Shown: positions 1 through 10,282, numbered from the whole stretch's first letter. The stretch: 59,090 nucleotides of DNA, filler included, from 7 parts of 7 records of this genome joined end to end with filler, not necessarily neighbours in it; one strand, 5' to 3'. Numbers and translations are program-made. Notes: generated by a model from the letters alone, not told the origin.

Positions 1-48
1 ATTCAGGTGAAAAAAGTTCTGCCATCACCCAAAACGGAGGCGCATGTC

Positions 49-348
49 ATGGCACAAATATTTACGACTACAGAGAATCAGGACAAACAAGTCCTGAATT
101 TCGATATAGATGACCCGAAGTTTGATTTTCTTCAAGCCAAACAGATGGCCAAAAAAAAAGCGCTTGAGCTATGTGATCACCCCATGATCCTTTCCTGGAA
201 AAATGGTAAAACCGGCGAATCTTATCCGGATTATGAATGCGGAATTTCAGACCGCCCCTTCTGGATACGCTATGCAGAAGGCCGCGGGGCAAATCTCATC
301 ATTGATTTCAACAAAGGCGAATACGTATTCATGGTGTTAAAGATGTAG
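49..348 (+). CDS. AF1514-like (DUF5619) family protein
   Basis: ATG at 49 follows GGAGG (36-40); motifs PMILSW...YP..EC...PFWIRYAEGRGA.L.IDFNKGEYVF match the family as I recall it. Confidence 0.7.
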   Translation: MAQIFTTTENQDKQVLNFDIDDPKFDFLQAKQMAKKKALELCDHPMILSWKNGKTGESYPDYECGISDRPFWIRYAEGRGANLIIDFNKGEYVFMVLKM

Positions 349-516
349 GGTAAACACCCGGTATCCAATCTAATTCTTGTTTCCATGGCTTAAAGAGCCC
401 CTCCTCTTTCGGGCCAGTTTTTTGGGAAACGGGGACAGGCTTGCTTTATCATGCTTTTTATCATTCGGTCATGTGAACCGGCAAAAAGGCCAATAAGCAA
501 CGCCTGCCCCCGGCTG

Positions 517-1773
517 TTATTCCCAGCCGCCGCCCAGGGCCTTGTACAGGCGCACGGCGTTCTTTGCGACCTTCCCGTCGCTGACGGCGAGCTCCTCCTG
601 GAAGGAGAGGAGTGAACGCTGGGCGTCCAGCACATTGTTAAAATCACTCAAACCGTTCCTGTACTGGTCCGCCGCCACGGTTTCGGCAGCTGCTGCCGAG
701 GCCACGGCCTTTGCCAGGATCTCCCGGCGCAGCGTTTCCTTTTCATAATCGGTCAGGGCATCCCCGACCTCCTTGACGGCGTTCAGCACCGTTGTCTCAT
801 AGGCGGCCAGGCGCTGTTCCTGGAGGGCCTCCTGCACCTTGATATTGCTGCGTATGGAACCCGAATGAAAGATGGGCCAGCTGACGCCCGGAACAATGGC
901 GTAGCGCCGGGAGCCGGCATCCATGAAGGTCGCACCGCTTAGGGTCTCGAGGCCGATGGAGCCGCCCAGGGTGAATTTGGGGTAGAGTTCGGCAACGGAG
1001 GCGCCGATCCGGGCCGTCTGGGCGGCAAGCTCCCGCTCCGCCCGGCGGATGTCCGGACGGTGGCGCAGGGTATTGGCCGGAATTCCCGTCAATACCATTG
1101 CCGCCCGGGGGATGGGACTTCCGGACCTTTCCTCGCCCGGAAGAAGCGTCCCCGGCACCTGGCCCATCAGTACGCAGAGTGCGTTGCGGTTCGCCGTGAC
1201 CGATGCCTCGAGGGCGGGGATCCGGGACCGGGTGCTTGCCAGGTTGTAACGGGCCTGATGGAGCGCAAGTTCGTCACTGAGCCCGGAGTCGAACCGTGAC
1301 TGAAGGATCTCCAGGGTCTCCTGCTGGGTTGCCAGGTTGGACCGGGTCACCCAAAGCTGCCCCTGGTCGGTCCGGAGATTGATGTAGGCCGTGGCGGTTT
1401 CAGCCGCCACCGTCACCCACACGTCCCCCAGGGCGGCCTGGCGGGCCTGGAGATCCGCTGTTCCCGCCTCAACGGCCCTGCGGGTGCCGCCGAAGATATC
1501 CAGTTCCCATGACGCATCAAACCCTGCGCTGTAAAGGTCCTGTTGCCCGGCGCCCCCGGCATTGTCCGAGGTGCGGAACCGTTTGGCGCTGGCCGGCAGG
1601 TCAACACTGGGCCCGAACCCGCTCCGGCTGATTCCCAGCTGGGCCCTTGCCTCCCGCACCCTGGCAATGGCGGATTTGAGATCCTGGTTGTTGTCAAGGG
1701 CCGTCCGAATATACCGGTTGAGCAGCGGATCGTTGAACCGGGTCCACCACCGGGCAATATCCGCCGGTTTCAT
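517..1773 (-). CDS. NodT/TolC-family efflux outer-membrane factor, N-terminally truncated (no signal peptide/lipobox)
   Basis: [38 protein letters not shown] motifs; ORF begins just before the WW motif. Confidence 0.85.
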   Translation of the reverse strand: MKPADIARWWTRFNDPLLNRYIRTALDNNQDLKSAIARVREARAQLGISRSGFGPSVDLPASAKRFRTSDNAGGAGQQDLYSAGFDASWELDIFGGTRRAVEAGTADLQARQAALGDVWVTVAAETATAYINLRTDQGQLWVTRSNLATQQETLEILQSRFDSGLSDELALHQARYNLASTRSRIPALEASVTANRNALCVLMGQVPGTLLPGEERSGSPIPRAAMVLTGIPANTLRHRPDIRRAERELAAQTARIGASVAELYPKFTLGGSIGLETLSGATFMDAGSRRYAIVPGVSWPIFHSGSIRSNIKVQEALQEQRLAAYETTVLNAVKEVGDALTDYEKETLRREILAKAVASAAAAETVAADQYRNGLSDFNNVLDAQRSLLSFQEELAVSDGKVAKNAVRLYKALGGGWE

Positions 1774-3095
1774 CTCCGCCCCCGGAACCGCTGTTTTGCA
1801 CCGTCTCCGGCGGCATCGAGGATGGACGCCCCCTCCTCCCGCCGGGACTTGGAGAACTCCACGATCAAAATGGCGTTCTTGCTGGCAAGCCCCACCAGCA
1901 GGATCAGACCGAGCTGGGCATAGATGCTCAGTGGCAACCCCATGATCCTGAGTCCGGCCAGGGCCCCCAGGACGGCCACGGAAATGGACAGCATTACGGA
2001 CAGGGGAATGGTCCAGCTCTCATACTGGGCCACCAGGAAGAGGTAGCCGAAAATCAGGGCCATGGCAATAATGATATTGGTCTTTCCCGAGGATTTGGCC
2101 TCCTGTTAGCTCAAGCCGGACCAGTCGAACCCGTATTCCCCGGGCAGGGCTTCCTTTGCAATGGCGGTAACGGCGTTCATGGCATCCCCGCTGCTGATGG
2201 CGGGAACGGTCATGGCGGAAATGGTTGCCGAAGTAAATTTGTTGTACCTTTCCAGGGCCCGGGGCGCCAGGGTGGTGCGGATCTTTACAAGGCTGCCCAG
2301 GGGCACCATGGCGCCTGTCCTGCTCTTGACATGGATCCGTTCGATGGACGCCCGGCTTTTTCTGAAGGGCCAGTCCGCCTGGAGGGTTACATGGTTTGTC
2401 TGGCCGTCAAAATTGACGTCATTGACATACCGGGAACCAAAATAGGTCTGGAGGGTGTCAAATATGTCAGACACCTCCACCGCCATCAGGGAGGCCTTGG
2501 TACGGTCGATGTCCAGATACAGATAGGGGGTGCTTGCCGAATAGGGGCTGAAGGCATACATGATTTCCGGTGCCGTGTTAAGCCGCATCAGGACGGAGGA
2601 AGAGTCGTTGAATTTTGAGCTGTACATGTAGGAGTCGGCATCTTTTTCAACCCGGGCGATATCACCGAGACGCACCACGGCCCCGTCTTCACCGGTGCGG
2701 ATTACAATATCCCTGAATGCCTCGGCATCATTGAGCCGGCCCGTGCTTTTCAAGGTGTAGGTCATCTGCTCTGTTCCGTCACCGGGAGCACTTCCCACGG
2801 AACCGATGGATGCCTGGATATTCTGGCCCCTGACCGCCCGGACCACATCGTCGGCGCTTAATCCCAGAAATGCGAGCCGGTCCGCATCCATCCACACCCG
2901 CATGCTGTACTTTGAGGCGTAGATCGACACTTTGCTGATACCGGGAATCCGTTCCAGGGCGGGTTTTATCTGCTTGTTGGCGTAGTCGCTCAAAAAAAGC
3001 TTCTCAAAGGTCAGCAGAATGGAGATCACGCCGGCAAGGCGGGGACGCTCGATAAATACCCTGGAAAAATTAAATTTCCGCATCTTCAATTCCAT
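1770..3095 (-). pseudogene. HAE1/AcrB-type RND permease pseudogene with internal deletions and a premature stop
   Basis: FIERPRLA N-terminus joins directly to LFLSDYA...; second jump at LNTAP/EIMYAF; TAA at 2106-2108 in WSGLS*QE (normally Y); frame continues to AQYESW...[13 protein letters not shown] and ends after KQRFR; about 440 codons versus about 1040 for a full permease. Confidence 0.9.
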
Positions 3096-3096
3096 G

Positions 3097-3567
3097 TTAC
3101 CCCCTCTCCCCCGGGGCGGATATCACCGGAAACGCCCTGACTTCCATGCCGGTTCGAACCTTCTGTATGCCTGAGACGATCACCTGCCGGCCCGCCTCCA
3201 GGCCCGATTCGATAATGCGATCGGCGCCCAGGTTCTCCCCCGGGGTCACAGGGGTACGGGAAACCTTGCCCTCCTTGTCCAGGGTCCAGACAAAGGCGCC
3301 GTCCCTGTCCGTCAAAATGGCGGCCTGGGGCAGGAGCACCTTCCTGTCCCCGCCCTGCCCCTGGAAAACAACCTTGACATAGGCGTTGGGAACAAGGAGG
3401 CAGTCCTTGGCGGAAAAGCGCAACCGGACAGCCATGGTGCCGGTATCGGGGTTCATCTGGTTGTCTGCAAAATCCTGGCGGCCCACGGTGTTCAAAAGGG
3501 TGCCGTCGGAAAGCCTGACTTTCGCATCCGCATCCGCGCCGTCACCACCCCCCTGGCCATCCTTCAA
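3097..3567 (-). pseudogene. RND membrane-fusion (periplasmic adaptor) protein, C-terminal fragment only
   Basis: DNQMNPDTGTM.VR, LPQAAILTD, IESGL.AG..VIVSGIQKVR; N-terminal lipoyl/hairpin region absent. Confidence 0.85.
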
Positions 3568-3573
3568 TCCAAT

Positions 3574-3867
3574 ATGGAACTTCTGGACCGCATCTGCCCC
3601 AATCCGGCAAAAGCCGAAATCCTGCCCCGCCAGCGCATCAAGCGGACCATATCAAACATGAACTGCCTCACGGAAACCCTGCTGTGGCTCGGCATGGACG
3701 CAAGCCGGATCCCGGAGCCGGAAAAGGTTGCCCTGGACGGACTGGTGGAGGAACTGGCGGCCCAGATCGCGGAAAAGTCGGGATGGCACTATACCAACAG
3801 GGCCATTCCCGGGGGCCGGGAAGCGACTCTGGAATTCCCGAAAGCCCAAGAGGCCAGGCCCTGTTGA
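3574..3867 (+). pseudogene. Sensor histidine kinase remnant (HisKA helix 2 fused to the extreme C-terminus)
   Basis: MELL...RIKRTISNMNCLTETLLWL resembles the HisKA second helix; QIAEKSGWHY...GGREATLEF resembles the HATPase end; N/G boxes missing. Confidence 0.55.
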
Positions 3868-3899
3868 TCCGGGTTCTTGTTTTTGGAAGGACGGCTCTC

Positions 3900-4199
3900 T
3901 TCTTCAACAAGCCTCATCAATTCCTGCTTATTCGCCCCCATAAGTACAGGGATGACCGCTTTCAATCTTTCCGCATCAAAATGCCACCGTTGAATAAAAA
4001 CTTCGCCCCTGATGGGATTGAGCAGTATTTGCCAATGATCAGCTTATCGTCATTTACAGGATAATGATACAGAACATTGTTTGTCTCAAATTTCAGCGGA
4101 TCAACCATATCGTGATAATAGGTAAAATCTCCAACGTGAATATTCCTGTTTGCATGTATTGCTGTTATTCGGCATGGGAAAAATCAAATTACTGTCCAT
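3900..4199 (-). pseudogene. Vat/CatB-family (hexapeptide) O-acetyltransferase pseudogene, absent from the ORF track
   Basis: Manual translation: MDSNLIFPMPNNSNTC / frameshift / NIHVGDFTYYHDMVDPLKFETNNVLYHYPVNDDKLIIGKYCSIPSGAKFLFNGG / deletion / WHFDAERLKAVIPVLMG; 3' boundary approximate. Confidence 0.8.
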
Positions 4200-4421
4200 A
4201 TCTGTCCTTTTTTTTTGATCTGCCTCCTCTGAGAGAAGCCCTATGCTTTATCAAACAGGGCATGGTCTGACAACCTGTTTTGTAATATGCCCGCTCGGAT
4301 TCAATCCATTGGACTGCACCCGAAACTTGTGTTACCTTTATTTAATCGACTGTCTGCATTCCTTTATCCCAGGCTGACCGACCCGATTCAGGGACAGGTG
4401 AACCAGAAGGGAGATGAAATT

Positions 4422-5246
4422 ATGGATTCACCCAAAGAACAGAAATACTTCAAGGCCGTAAAAAAAGAAAAAAAGAAAACGACGATTCTAATAATAAGAA
4501 CAGTCTCTGTTCTCCTTACCCTTTGCCCATTGCTTTTGCCTTTTGCTACATTCAGTCAGGATAAGGAGAAAGTGAAACTTGGAGGATTTGATTATCCCCC
4601 CTTTTACTTTCATGAAAATGGAGAGATACAGGGGATTGCCCCGGAACTGATCAACGAATTATTCAAAAGGCTGAATGTCGGTACTGAACTCAGGATTTAT
4701 CCCTTGAAACGCGCTTTATCCTATATGGAAAAGGGTATACTGGATGGCGTCATGTTCCTGATCAAAACCCCGGAGAGGGAAAAATACCTGTACTATTCAC
4801 AACCGATCATTACCATACGAGGCCTGATTTGGTCTGCCGCGGACAGAAAAGGCGGACCCGTGGAATTTGAGAAACTGGAAGACTTGAAACCCTATAGAAT
4901 AGGGGTCACCATCGGATACAGTTACGGTAAGGAATTTGATGAAATCCTTAAAACCATGAGGGTGTATGAAGTTCCCAAGGATTTACATAATTATAAAAAG
5001 CTGTTACGGCACAGAATAGACATTTTCCCCGGCAATGAAATCGTCGCCAAGGGGTTGTTTAAAAAGCATCCGGAGTTACGTGGAAAATTTATCCATTCCA
5101 GCAAATCTTTCATGGAATGGACGTTTCATATGACGGTCAGCAAAAAATCTTTCCTTGCCTCCATGATACCCGAAATAAACAGCGTATTGGCCGAGTTTAA
5201 GAATGAAGGTTTAATCGATGAAACTGTCAAAAAATATACGGAATAA
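4422..5246 (+). CDS. Amino-acid ABC-type periplasmic substrate-binding protein (SBP_bac_3)
   Basis: DYPPFYF, PLKRAL, KTPEREKYLYYS, IGVTIGYSYG, RIDIF motifs; ATG 4422 after GGGAG; signal-like hydrophobic stretch. Confidence 0.85.
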   Translation: MDSPKEQKYFKAVKKEKKKTTILIIRTVSVLLTLCPLLLPFATFSQDKEKVKLGGFDYPPFYFHENGEIQGIAPELINELFKRLNVGTELRIYPLKRALSYMEKGILDGVMFLIKTPEREKYLYYSQPIITIRGLIWSAADRKGGPVEFEKLEDLKPYRIGVTIGYSYGKEFDEILKTMRVYEVPKDLHNYKKLLRHRIDIFPGNEIVAKGLFKKHPELRGKFIHSSKSFMEWTFHMTVSKKSFLASMIPEINSVLAEFKNEGLIDETVKKYTE

Positions 5247-5708
5247 AAAGGGTTCCGTGCTTACCTGGTCGCACAAAGCCCTGAATCAAAAAATTCACCG
5301 GTCAGTGCTTGTGGCGGCACGGCCATGGCTGTACAGCGATCTTTATAAACAGGTTGGGCCCGGGATATGGATATGTTTACTGGTACGGCAGTGACGATCC
5401 AAATTATGCCCCGACGATTGAACCTCCGTATCGACGATGCACGGATCAGTGCTTGATAAACGCAAATTCAATGGTGATTCCAGCAGCAATAGCTTGCCAT
5501 GGCGCATAGCCACAGGCGAAACGGGGTCGTTCCTGTTAGAAAAGATATAGTTCAACCCATATCATACCAACTTATTCGGAGTCAAAAAGAATCATCCGCC
5601 GGAATCGCCGCCCGTGGGATCCCGGGGATGACATTACAGGAGATCGGCTATCCCAGGCCCTGGAATCCAATGAAGGCAAGGGAGATAAACCCGGCGGTCA
5701 CAAGGCCG

Positions 5709-5808
5709 NNNNNNNNNNNNNNNNNNNNNNNNNNNNNNNNNNNNNNNNNNNNTTAATTAATTAANNNNNNNNNNNNNNNNNNNNNNNNNNNNNNNNNNNN
5801 NNNNNNNN
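5709..5808. other. Artificial contig spacer
   Basis: 44 N + TTAATTAATTAA (stops in all frames) + 44 N. Confidence 0.99.
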
Positions 5809-5991
5809 CACATTGGCATGGCCGCTGATGATCAGGCCGACCTCCCCTTGGGCAAGGGCCACCAGGATCTCCGTGAGTCTGGGGGTAACGCCACCGTCAT
5901 CATCGGCCATGGCTTCGCAGGTGGCCGACCGTACAAACCGGTTTTTCAGCTCCAGGCTTCCAATGGATGTGGCTTTAAAAAGTAAATTCAT
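5809..5991 (-). CDS. NADH:flavin oxidoreductase (Old Yellow Enzyme family), 5' part, cut by contig end
   Basis: LKNRFVRSATCEAMA...LAQGEVGLIISGHA. Confidence 0.85.
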
Positions 5992-6647
5992 TGTTTCCGC
6001 TCCTTAAGTTTTTTCAGAGCCGCAAGTGTCTCTTCCGGTTCCGTGCGGTAGGAGTAATCCGGGTCAACATCTGCCGAGCGGATGACGGCATCTTGCCCGA
6101 TGACATAGCGGGCGGGAATGGCAAGGGTCCAGGAATTGTCGCCGTTGATCCTCTCAAGGTCCACCTCAAAAGAGTTGTAAATCTCTTTGAGATCGTCGGG
6201 GATGTGGAAAACGATACCGAACAGCCTTGCCACCGTGTTGCCGGCGTCGGCGAGAATTTCGAAACTGAGTCCCGAGTTCCGGACAATCTTCCGGTTAAAA
6301 GGCTTTCTCTGGGGGGAGATGGCCAAAACCGTCGCTCCTTCCGATTCAAATTGAGGCAGTGTGTTGTTCAGAGCTTCCAGCTCTGAAATGCAATACGGTC
6401 ACCACTCGCCCCGGAAAAAAGTGAGTACGAGGGGGCCTTTTTCCAGGTGTGAGGAGAGGGAAACCATATTGCCCTTTGTATCGGGAAGAGTGAAGTCGGG
6501 AACCTTGTCTCCAACCTTCAGGGCCTTTTCCAGGATACCTGAGTTCTTCAGGTCTTCGTTGACCCGGTGCATGATGGAGATCACCTCCCCGGGGGCGGTG
6601 TTTTCGAACTCGGTACGGATGGCGTCAAGTGTGTCTTGTAATTTCAT
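5988..6647 (-). CDS. Selenocysteine-containing peroxiredoxin-like (AhpC/TSA) protein, 219 aa, UxxC motif
   Basis: ORFs 6399-6647 and 5988-6326 are in one frame; reads FFRGEW-TGA-PYCISEL where the family has RGxWCPYC; SECIS-like hairpin directly downstream. Confidence 0.9.
6367..6387 (-). promoter_or_regulatory. Bacterial SECIS element
   Basis: mRNA UUCAGAGCU-GGA-AGCUCUGAA: perfect 9-bp stem with G-leading loop, starting 11 nt after the UGA at 6399-6401. Confidence 0.8.
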
Positions 6648-6945
6648 GGCACTGTCCTTTTTTGGGTTGGTGTCGTCATTGTCTCATCACCCTTGTTATT
6701 CTTTATTTGGACTTACAGGGTTACCATGGGCCGGTGCTTGCGGTGACTTGTTCCGGAAGCACCGGCCATGGGGGGCATTGGGTAACATTCGTAAATGCCA
6801 ATGGAGCTGCTGTTACACCATATGCGCCGGTACTATTTTTTCAGGTAGTTGTAACTGTCGTCCTCACGGTTTCTTTTTGCTTTATATTTATCTGCGAATC
6901 CGGATATTTCGCCAATTTGGGTCCGCGGGCTGTCCGGTTTTATGA

Positions 6946-7233
6946 TCAGGCGATTCGCCCGCAAATCGTGACGTCGGATTCCCCGTCCATCAATTCCATC
7001 ATGGCAGGAACGGTTTTTTTGAAGTGGTCGGAGACCAGGTGATTGTCAAAGGCGGCGCGGGTTTCCCATCTTTCCACGGCAACCAGGACCGACGGCGCTT
7101 CTTCCTCCTGATACATTTCATATTGAATGCACCCGTCCTCCTGCTTGGTCGGTTCGATCATCTCTTCGAACAGATCTACGAATGTGTCGACTTTGTCTTC
7201 TTTAACCTTCATTTTGGATATGACCTTAACCAT
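6946..7233 (-). CDS. Putative quinol monooxygenase (ABM domain)
   Basis: TKQEDGCIQYEMYQ, VERWETRAAFDNHL.S.HF. Confidence 0.9.
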   Translation of the reverse strand: MVKVISKMKVKEDKVDTFVDLFEEMIEPTKQEDGCIQYEMYQEEEAPSVLVAVERWETRAAFDNHLVSDHFKKTVPAMMELMDGESDVTICGRIA

Positions 7234-7287
7234 GGGGGCTCCTTTTTTTGTTGCGTAGTTGGTGTGAAAGTTGTTGTTTATGTTTTT

Positions 7288-7441
7288 AAACTAATCGTTC
7301 TGAATTGAGCCGAAAAAAGAGCATACGTTTGTCGCCAGAAAAGAGGCGAGTCGTATGCTTGTATCTACGGCTTAACAGCCCGTCAGCAATCATCATTGTT
7401 GCTGATGATGTCTTTTTAAACCAAACGTTCTGGTAAGTCAA
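7288..7441 (-). promoter_or_regulatory. Leftward promoter with two putative TetR operators (7288-7301, 7418-7431)
   Basis: Minus strand reads TTGACTtaccAGAACgtttGGTTT and AGAACgattAGTTT. Confidence 0.6.
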
Positions 7442-7645
7442 GGTAAAAAAATGCCCGGTTCTGAAAAATAAAACCACTGGGATCTGAGCCTTGCCGGCCT
7501 GAAATCAGGCCGGTCCTATAAAGGTAGGGGAATGTGTTGGGTGTAAAAAAAAGCTTTTAAAGCAGGGTGTTGTGTGTTTGTTTGAAGCTTTGCCCGCCAT
7601 GCCTGTTTAATGGGCGGGCTTGCCATCCTGACGGAAAGATTGTTC

Positions 7646-7674
7646 TTGACTTTATCAGAACGTTCGGTTAGATA
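7646..7674 (+). promoter_or_regulatory. tetR promoter with operator in the -35/-10 spacer
   Basis: TTGACTttatcAGAACgttcGGTTAgata; same architecture as the leftward promoter. Confidence 0.6.
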
Positions 7675-7709
7675 ACGCCTGCTGTTGACGGAGAAAAAAG
7701 GAAAGAAAG

Positions 7710-8291
7710 ATGGCACGAACCAAGGAATATGACCGGGACACCGTCCTGGATGCCGCAACCCGGATATTCTGGGCCAAGGGGTTCAAAGGAACCTCCATGG
7801 CCGATCTGGTCTCCGGAACAGGGCTCAACTGGCACAGCATGTATCAGGAGTTCGGCAGCAAGGAAGGGCTGTTCCGGGAGTGTATCGACAATTTTGCCCT
7901 GAAAACGACGAAAGAGGTCAACCTTATCCTGACCCGGGAACCCCTGGGACTCTGGAATATCGAGGCATTCTTCCGTAACCGGATAGACTACGCGTCCTCC
8001 CTGGAATGCAGCGGTTGCATGATGGTCAATACCGCCATCGAGAAAGAGCTGATCAATGGGAAGGCCTTTGCCCAGGTTCAGAAATATTTTTCCCGCCATG
8101 AAGAAGCCTTCTACCGCTGCCTGGCGGCCGCCCAGAAGGACGGGGAAATCGCCGGGGAAAAAGACTGCCGTGTGCTGGCGGGTTTTCTGTTTACCTTTGC
8201 AACCGGCACCATGGTGATGAGCAAGACCAATCCGGGCAGGGCATCCCTTGAAGCGAGGGTGAAAGTTGCGCTCTCCGTTATTAAAACGTAA
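7710..8291 (+). CDS. TetR/AcrR-family regulator (NemR/ComR-like)
   Basis: MARTKEYD...FWAKGFKGTSMADLV...SMYQEFGSKEGLF HTH; GCMMVNT in the C-domain. Confidence 0.92.
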   Translation: MARTKEYDRDTVLDAATRIFWAKGFKGTSMADLVSGTGLNWHSMYQEFGSKEGLFRECIDNFALKTTKEVNLILTREPLGLWNIEAFFRNRIDYASSLECSGCMMVNTAIEKELINGKAFAQVQKYFSRHEEAFYRCLAAAQKDGEIAGEKDCRVLAGFLFTFATGTMVMSKTNPGRASLEARVKVALSVIKT

Positions 8292-8395
8292 TTTTTTTTA
8301 ATCTTTTTCAGAACGTATGTTTTATTTTAAGATAGCTACCGGAGGCCTGGAAAATAACCCCGGCATCCCGTTTTTCTTTAAAAAAGGAGTTAGAT

Positions 8396-9526
8396 ATGAA
8401 AACCATATTCGATGAAACCCGGATCAATTCCATGGTCCTTAAAAACCGCCTGGTTCGCAGTGCCACCTGGGAAAACATGGCTGACGAAAACGGCCACCTG
8501 ACCGGAAAACTCTTCAAGGTCTATGAAGAGCTGGCCCGGGGCGGCGTCGGGATGATCATTTCCGGCTGTACCTTTGTCATGCCCGGGGACCAGTTCTATC
8601 CCGGAATGATGGGGATGTGGGAGGACAGCTTTGTGGCGGAGTACAGACGCCTGACCGACATGGTGCACAGCCACGGCAGCCGCATTGTCCAGCAGCTTGC
8701 CTACGGCGGCACCCAGGGCACCCGCCAGGCCGGGGACCTGCCCGTCTGGGGGCCTTCCGATGTCGCCGACCTTGCAACGGGCGTGGTCCCGACGCCCATG
8801 GGCAAAGTGGATATCCGAACCCTGACAAAGGCCTTTGGCGACGCCGCTGTTCGTTCCAAGGCGGCCGGTTTCGACGGGGTTGAGCTCCACGGTTCCCACG
8901 GCTACCTGATGGGGCAGTTCCTGAGCCCCCATTACAACCGTCGCAGGGACGAGTACGGAGGGAACATCGAGAACCGGGCACGTATCTATGTTGAGATCTA
9001 CGAGGAGATCCGGAATCGGGTCGGTAAAGACTTTTCCATCATGCTGAAGATCAACTCCGATGACTATATCGAGAACGGAGCATCCATGGAAGACTGCCGG
9101 TATGTGTGCTGGAAACTCGCCGGTATGGGCATCGACGCCCTGGAGATCAGCGGCGGCACCGCCGCTTCCGGCGAGTTCATGTCGAGGACCCGGATCAACG
9201 GCCCTGAAAAGGAAGCCTACCATGCCGAGTCCGCCGCCCGGATCGCCGGGGAGGTCAAGGTTCCCGTCATCCTGGTGGGGGGCCTGCGCTCCCCCGAGGT
9301 GATGGAAACCCTCCTTGGGAACACGGGGATAGAATATTTTTCCTTGGCCCGGCCGCTGCTCGCCGAGCCGGGTCTTCCCAATCGCTGGCAGCATGGGGAT
9401 CGCCGCCGGGCCAGGTGCATCTCCTGCAACGGCTGCCAGGGGGGAAGTGATGAGGGGAACATCTGCATTTTCAAAGACAAATTTGCAAAAAACACAGGAA
9501 CAACGAACAAGAAAGGAGAGAAATAA
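8396..9526 (+). CDS. NADH:flavin oxidoreductase (OYE-like)
   Basis: KNRLVRSATWE, AGFDGVELHGSHGYLMGQFLSP..N.R.DEYGG, C-terminal CISCNGC. Confidence 0.93.
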   Translation: MKTIFDETRINSMVLKNRLVRSATWENMADENGHLTGKLFKVYEELARGGVGMIISGCTFVMPGDQFYPGMMGMWEDSFVAEYRRLTDMVHSHGSRIVQQLAYGGTQGTRQAGDLPVWGPSDVADLATGVVPTPMGKVDIRTLTKAFGDAAVRSKAAGFDGVELHGSHGYLMGQFLSPHYNRRRDEYGGNIENRARIYVEIYEEIRNRVGKDFSIMLKINSDDYIENGASMEDCRYVCWKLAGMGIDALEISGGTAASGEFMSRTRINGPEKEAYHAESAARIAGEVKVPVILVGGLRSPEVMETLLGNTGIEYFSLARPLLAEPGLPNRWQHGDRRRARCISCNGCQGGSDEGNICIFKDKFAKNTGTTNKKGEK

Positions 9527-10152
9527 TGAAAGTATTGGGTATTTCAGGAAGCCCCCGGAAGGGCAAAACAACAGACCGTCTGGTACAGGAAGTGTTGAAC
9601 GGCATTGATGGCGAAACAGAGTTCATTTCCCTGCGCGGCAAACGGATAGGTCCATGCATCGGCTGCCTCGCCTGCGCCGATGACAACATCTGCAAGCTCA
9701 AGGACGACATGAAGGGGCTGCGGGAGAAGATCGTTGAAGCCGACGCCCTGGTGATCGGATCCCCCAATTACTTCGGCGGCATCAACGCCCTTACCCATGC
9801 CTTCCTGGAGCGCTTTTACCAGTTCCGGCACCGGGAAGCCATGACAATGGCGGGGAAGATCGCGGTGGCTGTCGGCGTCGGCGGCGGACTGCCCGAGCCT
9901 GCCGCCAAAGATATGGAGCGGTTTTTCGAAGCAAACGAGATCGAACTACTCGGCTCCGTAACCGCCCAGGGGGTTGCGGGTTGCTTCACCTGCGGATATG
10001 GTGAGGACTGCAAGGTGGGTGCGATTCACGGTTTCTTCGGACCGGGGACGAAAATCACCGAGGAGATCACCCCGGATCTCTGCAGGCAACCGGAAGCGGT
10101 CGAGAAGGCACGCGCCATGGGGCAGCAGCTGAGCCGGCGCCTCAAGGGATAG
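9526..10152 (+). CDS. Flavodoxin-family iron-sulfur flavoprotein / NADPH-dependent FMN reductase
   Basis: GISGSPRKG.T, CIGCLAC...C, GSPNYFG; extra CFTCGYGEDC. Confidence 0.88.
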   Translation: MKVLGISGSPRKGKTTDRLVQEVLNGIDGETEFISLRGKRIGPCIGCLACADDNICKLKDDMKGLREKIVEADALVIGSPNYFGGINALTHAFLERFYQFRHREAMTMAGKIAVAVGVGGGLPEPAAKDMERFFEANEIELLGSVTAQGVAGCFTCGYGEDCKVGAIHGFFGPGTKITEEITPDLCRQPEAVEKARAMGQQLSRRLKG

Positions 10153-10282
10153 CGGATTACCCCTCCCCTGAAACAGGGGGAATGATAATTGCCAACTCCT
10201 CCTGTTTCTCATAGTGGAACCATTGCGCTTAACAGCTGTGGGGAAAACCAAAAGACGTGCCGGGCCCTTGGTCCGGCATCGT

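Noticed and set aside
2106-2108. In-frame stop in the RND gene as possible recoding
   Set aside because: It is TAA at a Tyr position in a gene with several other lesions; pseudogene
5250-5708. Short ORFs after the SBP gene
   Set aside because: No recognisable family, RBS or consistent frame
8390-9571. Long antisense ORFs (also 20417-21589, 32014-32829, 48662-49507, 55054-56001)
   Set aside because: Mirror frames of well-supported genes with no motifs of their own
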